Assembly (NCBI GenBank): GCA_964524325.1
Contig: CAZGCT010000005.1
Span: 61,592 to 125,591, forward strand
DNA: 64,000 nt
Direction: 5' to 3'
Origin: an uncultured Hyphomicrobiales bacterium
Lineage (GTDB): Bacteria; Bacteroidota; Ignavibacteria; Kapaibacteriales; UBA2268
Under the pieces are notes generated by a model. It made no database searches and had not been told where the DNA came from. It worked only from the letters and a program-made list of their open reading frames with translations. Below are positions 40,701-51,033 of this stretch, piece by piece (the first letter of the stretch is position 1; the number at the start of each line of letters is the position of its first letter). The translations under genes were made by a program, and so were the position numbers.

Positions 40701-42835
40701 AACTTAATTACCTTTTTTATTGCTTCTATTATGTCATTTGAGTTTGGCAGAATAGCATTTTCATAATTTTTGGCAAATCCCACTGGGCAATCTTTGGAGC
40801 CAACGCGAAGAATAGGAGCATCCAAATAGTTGAAAACATTTTCCGAAATTTTAGCAGCAATTTCACCGCCAAAACCACCTGTAATTTTGTCTTCGTGAGC
40901 GATAACCACTCTGTTTGTCTTTTTTACAGAGTTGTAAACTAAATCCTCGTCCCAAGGTATCAAAGACCGAAGGTCAATTACTTCTACAGAAATACCTTCG
41001 TGTTCCAAATCTTTTGCAGCAATTAATGAAAGATGTACCGCAGTCCCATAAGAAACTACAGTAACGTCTTTACCTTCTCGTCGAATTTTTGCTTTACCAA
41101 AAGGAACGACAAAATCGGGATGAGGCTTAAGGGAATAGGCATTTTTGAAATTGTATAAAAATTTTGGTTCTAAATACATAGTTACCCCTCGGGAGCGAAT
41201 TGCATTTCGCATTAACCCAACTGCATCGTCGGCGAATGCTGGTGTTACAATTCTAATTCCGGGCAAGGTAACAAGAGAACCTTCAATATTTTGCGAATGG
41301 TACAAACCACCTTGAATATACCCACCACTGGCAAGCCGAATCACTATATTTGGGGTGAATTGTCCTTTGGAACGCCAGTAGTCGTGAGAACATTCTACAA
41401 GTTGCTCCATTGCTGGCCAAAAGTAGTCGGCAAATTCTGCTCCTTCAATTACAACACGAATGTCGTCGTTGTAACGACAGAAACCATTTGCAGTACCGAC
41501 AATATTGTCTTCGGCAATGGGAGCGTTGAAGACACGTTCTTTGCCAAACATTTGTGGCATGCCTTTGACCACATTGAATACACCGCCTTTGCCAATATCT
41601 TGACCCCAAAGGAAAGTATTTGGATTTTTTTGAAATTCTTCTATTAAAGTTTGATTAATTGCTTCCCGTAGGGAAATTAATGGTGCATCGGGGTCGGGTT
41701 TGTAATCTTCTGTATTTGAATTTTTGGGAATATATGGTTCTGGAATGATAAATTTATTCCATTGAGAACCGTCGGCGTCTGGTGTTTGTTCAGCTTTGTC
41801 GGCAGCCTCGAAAATAATTTTTTGATTTTCCTCCTCTATGGCTTGTAATTCTTCCTCTGTTGCTAAACCTTTATCTAACAAATGGTAGCGAAATTGTAAC
41901 AATGGATCGCGTTGGGCTACTATTGCCAATTCTTCTATTGTTCGATAAAGTTCGTGATTATCGGAATTGGAGTGAGAACCAATTCTGTCGCATTCTGCAT
42001 GTACAATAGCCGGGCCCTGGCCGCTTTGAACCCAACTAATTGCATTCTGTAAAGCAAGATAGGAATCGAACGGGTCGCGACCGTCGCAGTTAATAATTTT
42101 CAAATTTTTTAGCCCAGAGAAGTTTTCGGCTACGTTAAGATTAGCCATAACTTCGTGAAGAGGAACCGATATTCCGTATTTATTATTTTGTATAACAAAG
42201 ATCACTGGAAGTTTTTCGGTAGATGCACTGCATAAGGCTTCGAAATAGTAGCCTTCGGCAGTTGCAGATTCACCAGTAGAACAGAATACAATTTCATCTC
42301 CGGAATACTTTTTGATGGCTCGACCTAACCCAGAGGCATGTTGAGCGTGATTGCCAGTGCAAGAGGAAACATTTTGAATTCTTATGGACGGCTTTGCAAA
42401 ATGGTTGCTCATATGGCGACCACCCCCGGCAACATCAAATTCCTTGCTTAACCCATTCAGGATAATTTCGTAAGGACTAATTCCAGCAGAAAGACATGTT
42501 AGCATGTCGCGGTAGTAAGGGAACAAAAAGTCCTTTCCAGCCCGGAAGACTTGTCCGAGTGCGAGCTGAATGCCATCGTGGCCACCAAAGGGAGCATGAT
42601 AGGACCAACCTTTTGCCATTTTAAGATAAAGAGCGGCCTTTTCGTCCAATCGGCGACCAAGTTGGTTTAATTTATACCATTTTAGTATTGTTTCTTTTTC
42701 AAAACCAGAAAAGTCGAATTTACTGTAAAGTTCAACTTGGCGTTCTTTGCCCAAGTAAACAATTTTGGTGATTTTCCCTTGGCCGTTTTTTTCGGCTCTT
42801 TTTGTTTTATTGCTTTGCTTGGTTGAATTTTTCAT
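40697..42835 (-). CDS. 2-oxoacid dehydrogenase E1, fused alpha+beta (probably branched-chain type)
   Basis: PYYRD, GHDG, TPP-binding GES...QNN, HSNSD, APIAE, GGLYHSQ and EVIDLR motifs; start set at ATG 42835. Confidence 0.9.
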   Translation of the reverse strand: MKNSTKQSNKTKRAEKNGQGKITKIVYLGKERQVELYSKFDFSGFEKETILKWYKLNQLGRRLDEKAALYLKMAKGWSYHAPFGGHDGIQLALGQVFRAGKDFLFPYYRDMLTCLSAGISPYEIILNGLSKEFDVAGGGRHMSNHFAKPSIRIQNVSSCTGNHAQHASGLGRAIKKYSGDEIVFCSTGESATAEGYYFEALCSASTEKLPVIFVIQNNKYGISVPLHEVMANLNVAENFSGLKNLKIINCDGRDPFDSYLALQNAISWVQSGQGPAIVHAECDRIGSHSNSDNHELYRTIEELAIVAQRDPLLQFRYHLLDKGLATEEELQAIEEENQKIIFEAADKAEQTPDADGSQWNKFIIPEPYIPKNSNTEDYKPDPDAPLISLREAINQTLIEEFQKNPNTFLWGQDIGKGGVFNVVKGMPQMFGKERVFNAPIAEDNIVGTANGFCRYNDDIRVVIEGAEFADYFWPAMEQLVECSHDYWRSKGQFTPNIVIRLASGGYIQGGLYHSQNIEGSLVTLPGIRIVTPAFADDAVGLMRNAIRSRGVTMYLEPKFLYNFKNAYSLKPHPDFVVPFGKAKIRREGKDVTVVSYGTAVHLSLIAAKDLEHEGISVEVIDLRSLIPWDEDLVYNSVKKTNRVVIAHEDKITGGFGGEIAAKISENVFNYLDAPILRVGSKDCPVGFAKNYENAILPNSNDIIEAIKKVIKF

Positions 42836-42934
42836 GTATATAAAATAATTTGTTAAACTAAAAAAAATAGATTGACGAAAAAAACTTAATTTGTTTTTTT
42901 TATTACAAAGTTTGCAATATAAACAAATTCCTTT

Positions 42935-43612
42935 ATGAAGCAAAGAAAAATTGTTGTGGGTGACGTACATGGGTGCTTTCTTACTTTGAAGAATTTATTA
43001 TTCGATGTTGTTAAGATTGGTTCGGATGATATGATTTATTTTTTAGGAGACTTGATTGATAGAGGCCCAAGAGTAAAACAGACCGTGGACTTTGTCATGG
43101 ATTTGTGGAAGAAAAAAAGAGCGATTTCTATTCGCGGCAACCACGAGGAAATGCTTTTGAATTCACTCAAGGATTCTATGGCTTTGAAGAACTGGGAATA
43201 CAATGGATGCTCTACTACTCTTTCTGGATTCAATGTAAATCACCCAAAAGACATACCAGTAACCTACCTGCATTTTTTCGAGACAATGCCTTTATACGTT
43301 GAACTTGAAAACTATGTTCTTGTTCACGGGGATTTGGATTTCGATGCAGATGATCCTTTCAAAAACCCATATTACATGGTCTGGGGTAGAAGCACTAAAG
43401 CCGTGCCTGAAAAGATTGGTATGAGAAAAGTTGTAGTTGGACACACACCTAGGACATTAGATGTGATTATTAATTCTCTTAGCCAGTGGAAAATTTTTCT
43501 TGACGGAGGTTGTGTTTATGCGAATAGTCCATTCCGGCAGAATTTAGGCTATCTTTGTGCTTTGGATCTTAGTGATGAAAAGTTGTATTATATATACAAT
43601 TTAGACTTTTAG
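42935..43612 (+). CDS. Calcineurin-like metallophosphoesterase (Ser/Thr phosphatase family)
   Basis: GDVHG, GDLIDRG, GNHE, VHG and GHT motifs. Confidence 0.92.
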   Translation: MKQRKIVVGDVHGCFLTLKNLLFDVVKIGSDDMIYFLGDLIDRGPRVKQTVDFVMDLWKKKRAISIRGNHEEMLLNSLKDSMALKNWEYNGCSTTLSGFNVNHPKDIPVTYLHFFETMPLYVELENYVLVHGDLDFDADDPFKNPYYMVWGRSTKAVPEKIGMRKVVVGHTPRTLDVIINSLSQWKIFLDGGCVYANSPFRQNLGYLCALDLSDEKLYYIYNLDF

Positions 43613-43738
43613 CGCTAAATGGATTTTGATTTTAAAAGTAACGTAGCCCCAATTTCTATTTTATTAGTTGCATTGGATTAACCAAGTTTCACTATTTTGT
43701 GATCAATTTCGACTGTATGTATTTAAATTATACAATTT

Positions 43739-44440
43739 ATGAGAAGAGTAGTTTTGGCTTTTTTTCTGATCCTGTTTTCTTTATATGCTGTTTATAGCAG
43801 CGATACACTTTTCGCAAAGTACAAAATATTTATTGCGAAACCTATGGCTATCGAAAATTTAAGGACATTGCAAATTGTTGGTGTAATAGTCGACGATAAA
43901 AATGATTCTTTAGAGTTTGTTTTACATAGAATTTTACCCGATACGCTTCGGTTGCAAGTACGATTTGGGCAAACTTATGCGATAACAGTTATTTGCGGAC
44001 AAACTGGCTGGATTGTCGACCCAATGCGTAATATAATCGATCCCAAGGAATTGCACCCGGACGAGGCTTGGAGAATCCGCTCCAACGTATTAAACCTTTT
44101 TTCTTTTATTGATCAAAATATAATAGAACAGGTCAAATCTTGGGATAATGTTAGTCCCGACACAAATTACATCTCCTTTGCAGTAGAAAATTCTACCAAG
44201 GATACAATTTATTATTATTTCAATAAATATAATTATTCAGATAATTACAGAGTAGTTAATTTTTTTCATTTCCCCTATACTTTCAAAATTATTCCCAAAA
44301 GCTTTTTTGCATATAAGGGCTGGTCGATTCCCCGCCAAATTGAAGTATTTGCAAATGAAATCAAAAAAACAATCTTGATCTTAGTAAATATTAATATCAA
44401 CGGTGATATAGACAGAAACCTTTTTTTGTTAAAAAAATGA
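43739..44440 (+). CDS. Exported hypothetical protein, possibly LolA-like fold
   Basis: Signal peptide; beta-rich; GWIVDP segment; family not certain. Confidence 0.5.
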   Translation: MRRVVLAFFLILFSLYAVYSSDTLFAKYKIFIAKPMAIENLRTLQIVGVIVDDKNDSLEFVLHRILPDTLRLQVRFGQTYAITVICGQTGWIVDPMRNIIDPKELHPDEAWRIRSNVLNLFSFIDQNIIEQVKSWDNVSPDTNYISFAVENSTKDTIYYYFNKYNYSDNYRVVNFFHFPYTFKIIPKSFFAYKGWSIPRQIEVFANEIKKTILILVNININGDIDRNLFLLKK

Positions 44441-44454
44441 ATTGTTTATCTTTG
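44425..44454 (+). promoter_or_regulatory. Bacteroidota-type promoter for the E2 gene
   Basis: TTTG (44425-28), 18-nt spacer, TATCTTTG (44447-54), 36 nt before the ATG. Confidence 0.5.
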
Positions 44455-44489
44455 TAATTTTCAATTTTTGAAAATATTTTAGGTGTGAT

Positions 44490-46184
44490 ATGAAAGTCGA
44501 CGTAGTAATGCCCAAGATGGGCGAATCATTGCAGGAAGGGACGATTTTACGCTGGCTAAAGAAAGTTGGCGATCGTGTTGAGCGAGATGAAATGATTTTA
44601 GAAATTTCCACTGATAAGGTCGATACCGAAGTACCTTCGCCGGTCTCCGGTGTAATTGTGGAAATATTATCGAAAGAAAATGAGACAGTTCCAGTAGGTG
44701 CTACTATAGCACGAATTGAAACAGAAGCAACTGAGGCTGTTAACTTTGAAGAAACTAAACCAAAGCAAACTGAAATAGCGGAGGTAGTAGAAGAAAACGC
44801 AAAACAAGAGTTTATCCCACCCCACAAAATAGATGCTTCCGTTGGTAATTTGGTCGACGTAGTAATGCCCAAGATGGGTGAATCATTGCAAGAAGGGACG
44901 ATTTTACGCTGGCTAAAGAAAGTTGGCGATCGTGTTGAGCGGGACGAAATGATTTTAGAAATTTCTACAGATAAAGTCGATACCGAGGTACCTTCGCCAG
45001 TCTCCGGTTTAATTGTGGAGATACTATCGAAAGAGAATGAAACAGTTCCGGTGGGTGCCGTTATAGCTCGAATTGCAACCGGGGAGGTTGCAGCTGTTCC
45101 TACAAAGCCAGAACTATCTACACAAGATGTTACGGAGAAAGTTGCAAAAGTAGATGAAAAAATAGAGATTAAGGAAGAAAGTGAAGAAGAAAAACCCAAA
45201 GTCCGCGAAGGGAAGTATTTTTTGTCGCCAGTAGTAAGAGAAATTGCTAAGCAGGAAGGAATTTCTGAAGAAGAGTTGATGACAATCAAAGGTACAGGAA
45301 TTGGCGAAAGGGTGACCAAAAATGATTTGTTGAAGTATATCGAAGAGAAGAAGGCAAGAAAAGTCGAAAAACCAATTGCCACAAAAGTAGAAGAGAAAAG
45401 AGAAGTTGTTGTTGAACCAGCTATTCCAAAGCCGAGCGTCGCAGAACCAACGGTTGTTACATCTATTGGTCCAGATATTGAAATAATTCCCATGGACAGA
45501 GTTCGCCAATTGATAGCACAGCATATGGTTTATTCGAAACAAACATCAGCGCATGTCACTAGTGTTCACGAAGCAGATGTTACTGGTATTGTGAAATTCC
45601 GAGAAAAGCAAAAAGATGAATTTGAGCGGCGGGAAGGTTTCAAACTTACATATACGCCTTTTTTTGCTAAGGCAGCAGTAGAAGCAATTCGAACTTATCC
45701 GCGGGTTAACGTGAGTGTTGATGGAACCAATATCATTCAACACAAGCGAATTCATCTGGGGATAGCAACTGCCCTTGAAGATGGTAATTTAATTGTACCA
45801 GTAATCAAAAATGCTGATGCTTTAAGTCTTTCGGGTCTTGCAAGGGGAATTTATGATTTATCAACAAGGGCAAGGACTAAAAAGTTGAACCCCGATGATA
45901 TACAGGGAGGTACCTTTACTTTGACTAATGTTGGGACTTTTGGAACCTTGTTTGGAACACCAGTAATAAATCAACCACAGACTGCAATTCTTGGTGTCGG
46001 GGCAATTCAGAAGCGACCAGTAGTTCGATCTGTGGAGGGCGAGGATGTAATAGTGGTGCGATACATGGTTTTCGTCTCGCTTACATTTGACCATAGAGTA
46101 ATTGACGGAATGCTTGCTGGGTTGTATCTCACCGAATTGGTCCGATTACTTGAAATGCAAAACGAAAAGACATTAACCATTTAA
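44490..46184 (+). CDS. Dihydrolipoamide acyltransferase E2 with two lipoyl domains
   Basis: Two STDKVDTEVPSP lipoyl motifs, E3-binding LSPVVR...GTG, TFTLTN and TFDHRVIDG. Confidence 0.95.
   Translation: MKVDVVMPKMGESLQEGTILRWLKKVGDRVERDEMILEISTDKVDTEVPSPVSGVIVEILSKENETVPVGATIARIETEATEAVNFEETKPKQTEIAEVVEENAKQEFIPPHKIDASVGNLVDVVMPKMGESLQEGTILRWLKKVGDRVERDEMILEISTDKVDTEVPSPVSGLIVEILSKENETVPVGAVIARIATGEVAAVPTKPELSTQDVTEKVAKVDEKIEIKEESEEEKPKVREGKYFLSPVVREIAKQEGISEEELMTIKGTGIGERVTKNDLLKYIEEKKARKVEKPIATKVEEKREVVVEPAIPKPSVAEPTVVTSIGPDIEIIPMDRVRQLIAQHMVYSKQTSAHVTSVHEADVTGIVKFREKQKDEFERREGFKLTYTPFFAKAAVEAIRTYPRVNVSVDGTNIIQHKRIHLGIATALEDGNLIVPVIKNADALSLSGLARGIYDLSTRARTKKLNPDDIQGGTFTLTNVGTFGTLFGTPVINQPQTAILGVGAIQKRPVVRSVEGEDVIVVRYMVFVSLTFDHRVIDGMLAGLYLTELVRLLEMQNEKTLTI
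44496..45080 (+). repeat. Direct repeat of ~227 bp encoding the two lipoyl domains (44496-44722 and 44853-45079)
   Basis: Near-identical DNA, e.g. gtcgacgtagtaatgcccaagatggg...ttttacgctggctaaagaaagttggcgatcgtgttgagcg; mostly third-position differences. Confidence 0.9.
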
Positions 46185-46205
46185 AAATTTCAATTATTTG
46201 TTATT

Positions 46206-46239
46206 AAAAAAGAAGGGGGAATTTCCCCCTTGTTTTTTT
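46206..46239. terminator. Bidirectional intrinsic terminator between E2 and the tricorn gene
   Basis: AAAAAAG-AAGGGGGAA-T-TTCCCCCTT-GTTTTTTT. Confidence 0.85.
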
Positions 46240-46278
46240 CTTGTTACTTGTTTTGTATAATGTGATTTGGGAAATTTG

Positions 46279-49200
46279 CTAGCGCTTTATTGGGTAAGGT
46301 GGAACTTTTGGAACCTGAGGCTTTTTGTTAGTCTTAAGTTCTTCGAGAACAATTTCGATTGCCTTGTCCAGTTGTTGGTCGATACCTTGATTTTCGAGAG
46401 CTGGGTCGTTGTCGACTTCAATATCGGGAGTTAATCCTTCCCCTTCGAGAATCCACCGGCCATCGGCACTAAAATTAGCAAATTCTGGGCGCATCAAATA
46501 ACCACCATCGAGGAAAGGCAACGAGCCACGAATGCCAATCACTCCGCCCCAAGTTCGTTTACCAATAACTTTCCCAATTCCAAGCGTTTTGAATTGATAG
46601 GGAAACAAGTCCCCGTCGGATGCAGAAAGCTCATTAACAAGACAGACCATCGGGCCAGTCATAACCGCATCGGGATTTGTAAAAACGACTTCTTGATTTC
46701 GGGCATTTTTGGCAACAACAAGGATTCGACGCAATCTTTCTATTATCATAGGTGAAACATTGCCACCACCATTGTAACGGTCGTCGATTATTAATCCCTC
46801 TTTACGAACTTGTGGGTAGAAATATTTCACGAACTCATTCAAGCCATTGTCCACTCCCATATCGGGTATGTGAATGTAACCAATCCTTCCGTTTGTTTTT
46901 CTTTCGACATAATTTCGATTGTATTCGACCCAATCGAGGTAACGCAAACCAGCCTCGCTGGACAAAGTTTTAACGGTGTATTCTCGTGCTCCTTCTTTTG
47001 TTGGTTTAGAATTCACCTTAACTTTTACATATTTATTTGCTTTGTTAAGGAGTGCTTTGTATGGTGTGTATTCAAAATTTAATGTTATACCATCAATTTC
47101 TATTAAATAGTCGCCTTCTTTTACGTCTACACCTGGTTCGGTGAAAGGAGAACGTGTCTTTTCTTCCCAGTTTCTTCCTTTGAAGATCTTTTTGATTTTG
47201 TAAAATCCGGACTGTGGGTCGAATTGAAACTCTGCCCCAAGCAATCCAACTGGTGTTGGTTCAACTTTTGGCATATCACCGCCACCGACGTAAGCATGAC
47301 CTGCATTTAGTTCCCCAATCATTTCGCCAATTATGTAAGTCAAATCGAAACGATGCCGGCAGTAGGGAAGCAGTTCTTCATATCTTTGCTTCATTGCTTT
47401 CCAATCGACACCGTGCATATTTGGATCGTAGAAGAAGTCTCGCATCTGGCGCCAACTTTCGTCAAATATTTGTTTCCATTCTGCCCTTAGGTCGACGTAA
47501 ACGGTCATATCGGTTAAATCGAGTTTCCCTTTCTCTGTGGTGACCTTATCTGTCAAGTCTGTGATGTAGTAGGATTTATCTTTTTTGAAGATGATCTTTT
47601 TGCCGTCGAAAGAAATTTCATACTGATGGAAATCTCCAACTTCACTTTCTTTTTTCTTTTCTAAATCGAATACATAAAATTTTGGAGATTGGCTTGATGT
47701 TGAGCGGACGAAGTAAAGTTTTTTTCCAATAGAACGAAGGTTGCTGTAATTTCCATTTGTTACAGGGAATTCGAAAATTCGATCAATTATCCCATCGAAT
47801 TCAATGTCCACTCGAACAGACTTGTCTTGGCTAACTTTTTCGGTCTTTTCACCCTTTTTATTTTTAGTTTTTGGTTCTTGTTCTTGCTTAGTTGCTTCAT
47901 CCTTTTTTTGGAGGATTTCATCGTCTAATGCAAAAGGCGACGGTGTGTCTTTTTTTAGAGTAATACCGTAGATTTTGCTCATTTCTCGATATTGGAAATT
48001 CCATTCAAATGCACCGATAGTTGCTTTGAAGGTTCTATCTGAAACAAAGAATAGATATTTTCCGTCGGAAGAGAACTCTGGAGAATAACTCCCAAAGAAT
48101 TCACTTGTAACTTGCTTTATTTCCCCTGTTTCAAGGGAGTAAATGTAAATTACATTAAACTCTGTTTCAAGGTAATCTACAAATGCTACCCACCGACTAT
48201 CTGGGGACCATACGAAATCGGTAATTTCCCATGCTTTAGACTTAAATATGGAAGTGATTTTTTTCGATTCAATATCTATTAAGTATAATTCCATTGTTTT
48301 GTCGGTGCAGAGCAACTTTTTGCTATCTGGTGACCATTTTAAGAAGTAGCGATAGGATTTTGCGTTGTTGGTTAATTGGATTTCGCCAGTACCGTCGGGT
48401 TTGGAGATATATACTTCTGTTTCGCCACTTTTATCGCTAATGTAGGCGATCCATTTTCCGTCCGGGCTCCATACTGGGTTACGGTCGTGGATGTTTGGTG
48501 TGTTTGTAATATTTTTAATCAAACCTTTTTCTGCAGGAAGGGTAAAAATTTCTCCACGAGCCGAGAACAATCCCCTACTTCCATCGGGCGAAATGTCGAA
48601 AGAAATAATTTGGTCTTGAACATTTTTGAATTTTGGGCGGATTTCGGGGAAATCCTCATTGATCTCTATTGTTATTTTTTCAAATTTATCAGTTTTAGGG
48701 TCGAGTAAGTAAATGTAACCACCGTTCTCAAATGCAATGAAATCTGCCGTAGCCGAAGGAAATTTGACATCGTACTTGTCGAAATTTGTTATTTTTTTCG
48801 TTTGCTTGGTTTCCAAGTCGTAGGAGAAAATGTTCATCGTATGGTCGCGGTCGGAAAGGTAATAGATTTTGTTTCCTACCCACATAGGAATAATATCCTG
48901 AGCTGGATTGTTCGTTATATTTTCCAATTTTTTCGAAGCAAAATCATAAATCCAAATATCGTCTGCTTGGCCACCACGATAGCGTTTCCAAGTTCTAAAT
49001 TCTCGGAAAACGCGGTTATAGGCAAGCTTCTTTCCGTCTGGTGAAAGAGATGCAAAACCTGCTCGAGGGAGTGGAAGTTCTTCGGGCAAACCCCCGTCTA
49101 CGGAGACAAAGAATAGTTTACCGCTCCAAGAATGCCACCAATTGGAACGTGAACGGTAGAGGATTTTCTTTCCATCGGGTGACCATCCCATAATTATTTT

Positions 49201-49554
49201 GTCAGGTCCCATTCTTTCTGGAACATTAGGCAAATCCATAGAATAAGTCAATCTTTTAGGTTCACCTCCTTCGATAGGAATAATATAAACATCGCGATTT
49301 CCATCGTATTCACCAGAAAATGCGATTAATTTACCATCGGGGGAAATCCTGGGAAAAAGTTCGAGACCATCTGAAGAGGTTATTCTTCGAGCAACGCCAC
49401 CAATTTTGTCGGCAACATAGATATCTCCAGCATAGACGAAGGTTATTTTGTTTTTGGTTGCATTTGGAAAACGAAGCAAGCGGGCTTCTTCGCTTTTAAC
49501 AAAATGGAAAGAAAAAAGGATAAGAAAAGCGATAAATGTGAATTGTTTGAACAT
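46279..49554 (-). CDS. Tricorn protease (peptidase S41) with beta-propellers and PDZ
   Basis: LLRFP, repeated SPDG propeller blades, GELNAGHAY, IDDRYNGGG, ASDGDLF and RTWGG motifs. Confidence 0.95.
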   Translation of the reverse strand: MFKQFTFIAFLILFSFHFVKSEEARLLRFPNATKNKITFVYAGDIYVADKIGGVARRITSSDGLELFPRISPDGKLIAFSGEYDGNRDVYIIPIEGGEPKRLTYSMDLPNVPERMGPDKIIMGWSPDGKKILYRSRSNWWHSWSGKLFFVSVDGGLPEELPLPRAGFASLSPDGKKLAYNRVFREFRTWKRYRGGQADDIWIYDFASKKLENITNNPAQDIIPMWVGNKIYYLSDRDHTMNIFSYDLETKQTKKITNFDKYDVKFPSATADFIAFENGGYIYLLDPKTDKFEKITIEINEDFPEIRPKFKNVQDQIISFDISPDGSRGLFSARGEIFTLPAEKGLIKNITNTPNIHDRNPVWSPDGKWIAYISDKSGETEVYISKPDGTGEIQLTNNAKSYRYFLKWSPDSKKLLCTDKTMELYLIDIESKKITSIFKSKAWEITDFVWSPDSRWVAFVDYLETEFNVIYIYSLETGEIKQVTSEFFGSYSPEFSSDGKYLFFVSDRTFKATIGAFEWNFQYREMSKIYGITLKKDTPSPFALDDEILQKKDEATKQEQEPKTKNKKGEKTEKVSQDKSVRVDIEFDGIIDRIFEFPVTNGNYSNLRSIGKKLYFVRSTSSQSPKFYVFDLEKKKESEVGDFHQYEISFDGKKIIFKKDKSYYITDLTDKVTTEKGKLDLTDMTVYVDLRAEWKQIFDESWRQMRDFFYDPNMHGVDWKAMKQRYEELLPYCRHRFDLTYIIGEMIGELNAGHAYVGGGDMPKVEPTPVGLLGAEFQFDPQSGFYKIKKIFKGRNWEEKTRSPFTEPGVDVKEGDYLIEIDGITLNFEYTPYKALLNKANKYVKVKVNSKPTKEGAREYTVKTLSSEAGLRYLDWVEYNRNYVERKTNGRIGYIHIPDMGVDNGLNEFVKYFYPQVRKEGLIIDDRYNGGGNVSPMIIERLRRILVVAKNARNQEVVFTNPDAVMTGPMVCLVNELSASDGDLFPYQFKTLGIGKVIGKRTWGGVIGIRGSLPFLDGGYLMRPEFANFSADGRWILEGEGLTPDIEVDNDPALENQGIDQQLDKAIEIVLEELKTNKKPQVPKVPPYPIKR

Positions 49555-49569
49555 ATTGTTTCCTTATAT

Positions 49570-50925
49570 TTACAACATGACAGCAACATTTGGTAAAAGT
49601 TTTTTAATTCTATCGAGTTCATCATCCGAAAATTTGTTTTTTCGGAGCTGGAGTTGCCTTAAATTCACCAACTTTGTAATGTCATCTGGGATTGATGTTA
49701 ATAAATTATTGTTGGCTGCAAGATAAGTAAGATTACCGAGGTTAAATATTTCCAAGGGTAGCTGTTCCAGTTGGTTATTATTTAGGTTAAGGAAATTCAG
49801 GTTCTTCAAATTGCTGATTTCTTTCGGGATAGTTTTTAGTTGATTGTTTGATAAATCGAGTTGCCTAAGATTGGATAGATTGCAAACCTCGAGTGGTAAC
49901 TCCTTCAAATCGCAAGAAGAAAGCTTTAGATTTTCTAAATTAACCAAACTATTTATTCCTTTCAAATTTAGGTTTTTGGTGTTGCTCAAGTTTAATATTT
50001 TTAAAGTTTCGATAGTGAAAATTTCAATTGGGAATTTATCAGCCTGGTTACCGATAAAAGTTAAGTTTGCAAGTACTCTAAAACCACCTTGAACTGTTGG
50101 AAAAGAAGAGATGAAATTGTTGCTTAGGTCCAAAGTTACAAGAGCTTTCAAATTAGCCAGTTGAGGGTGAATGTAGGAGATCCTATTGTTGTTTGCTTTT
50201 AAAAAGTTTAAAAGTTCGAGCGAAGCAATTTCCTTTCCGATAGAATCTATCAAATTGTTAGATATCATAAGCCGACGAAGTGAAGATAAGTTGGACAAGT
50301 TGGCACCAAGTTTCGAAATACGGTTGTTCGATAAGTTTAATGTATGCAACTTAGTTGAGTTTTTAAGTTCGGGCATTTGCTCTAACAAGTTGGAACTAAG
50401 GTCGAGATTTTCAATTTCTGGCATAATGATATTTCGAAACCGTGAAAGTTTATTGGATGAAATATCGAGGTTCTTTAGATTCGGTAAGGTTATTATGTTG
50501 TCTGGTGGGGAAGAAATATTATTTTCCTTCAGATCCAAGTTTTCGAGATTCGGTAAATCTTTCAAAATTTCTGGAAATTTTTCGAAGTTGTTTTTTGAAA
50601 GTTTAAGCACCTTTAAATTTTGCAGCATTGAAATTTCTTTTGGTAGCGAAGAAATTTGATTTCTGGATAAATCTAAAATTTCAAGGTTTTGAAACTTTGC
50701 AATTTCTGGTGGTATTTCCTTGATTTCTTTTCCAGCAAGCACTAAATTCTTAAGTTCTTTTGCTTCTGCTAAAGCAGATTCGAAAGAATTAAATGTTTTT
50801 TGCTGTAGTGGAGGTAGGTGCCTTCTTTTGGCGGTATCATTTTTCTCTGTGTTTACTACTTGAGCAAAAATTGGGTTGTAAATGAAGGTAATTCCGAAAA
50901 GTAAAACCAGAAAGCTTACTTTCAT
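49570..50925 (-). CDS. Exported leucine-rich-repeat protein (~17 LRRs)
   Basis: Signal peptide IFA-Q; ~23-aa LxxLxLxxNxLxxLPxEI repeats; C-cap RIKKLLPNV. Confidence 0.92.
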   Translation of the reverse strand: MKVSFLVLLFGITFIYNPIFAQVVNTEKNDTAKRRHLPPLQQKTFNSFESALAEAKELKNLVLAGKEIKEIPPEIAKFQNLEILDLSRNQISSLPKEISMLQNLKVLKLSKNNFEKFPEILKDLPNLENLDLKENNISSPPDNIITLPNLKNLDISSNKLSRFRNIIMPEIENLDLSSNLLEQMPELKNSTKLHTLNLSNNRISKLGANLSNLSSLRRLMISNNLIDSIGKEIASLELLNFLKANNNRISYIHPQLANLKALVTLDLSNNFISSFPTVQGGFRVLANLTFIGNQADKFPIEIFTIETLKILNLSNTKNLNLKGINSLVNLENLKLSSCDLKELPLEVCNLSNLRQLDLSNNQLKTIPKEISNLKNLNFLNLNNNQLEQLPLEIFNLGNLTYLAANNNLLTSIPDDITKLVNLRQLQLRKNKFSDDELDRIKKLLPNVAVML

Positions 50926-51033
50926 AATACAAAAAATTACTTTAAAAAAATAGTTAAACGAATTTCATTTAATGATATTATTGTTTTTGAATTGAATTAA
51001 CAAAGAAATGAAGTTTTATATGAGGTTTTCTGA

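Noticed and set aside
42180-42290. TPP-binding motif reads GES rather than GDG in E1
   Set aside because: To my knowledge a usual variant in fused alpha-beta E1 proteins of this clade; the downstream NN is intact.
44429-45493. 354-aa antisense ORF with an internal repeat
   Set aside because: Shadow of the E2 gene; Ser/Thr/Phe-rich mirror of its codons and of the lipoyl duplication.
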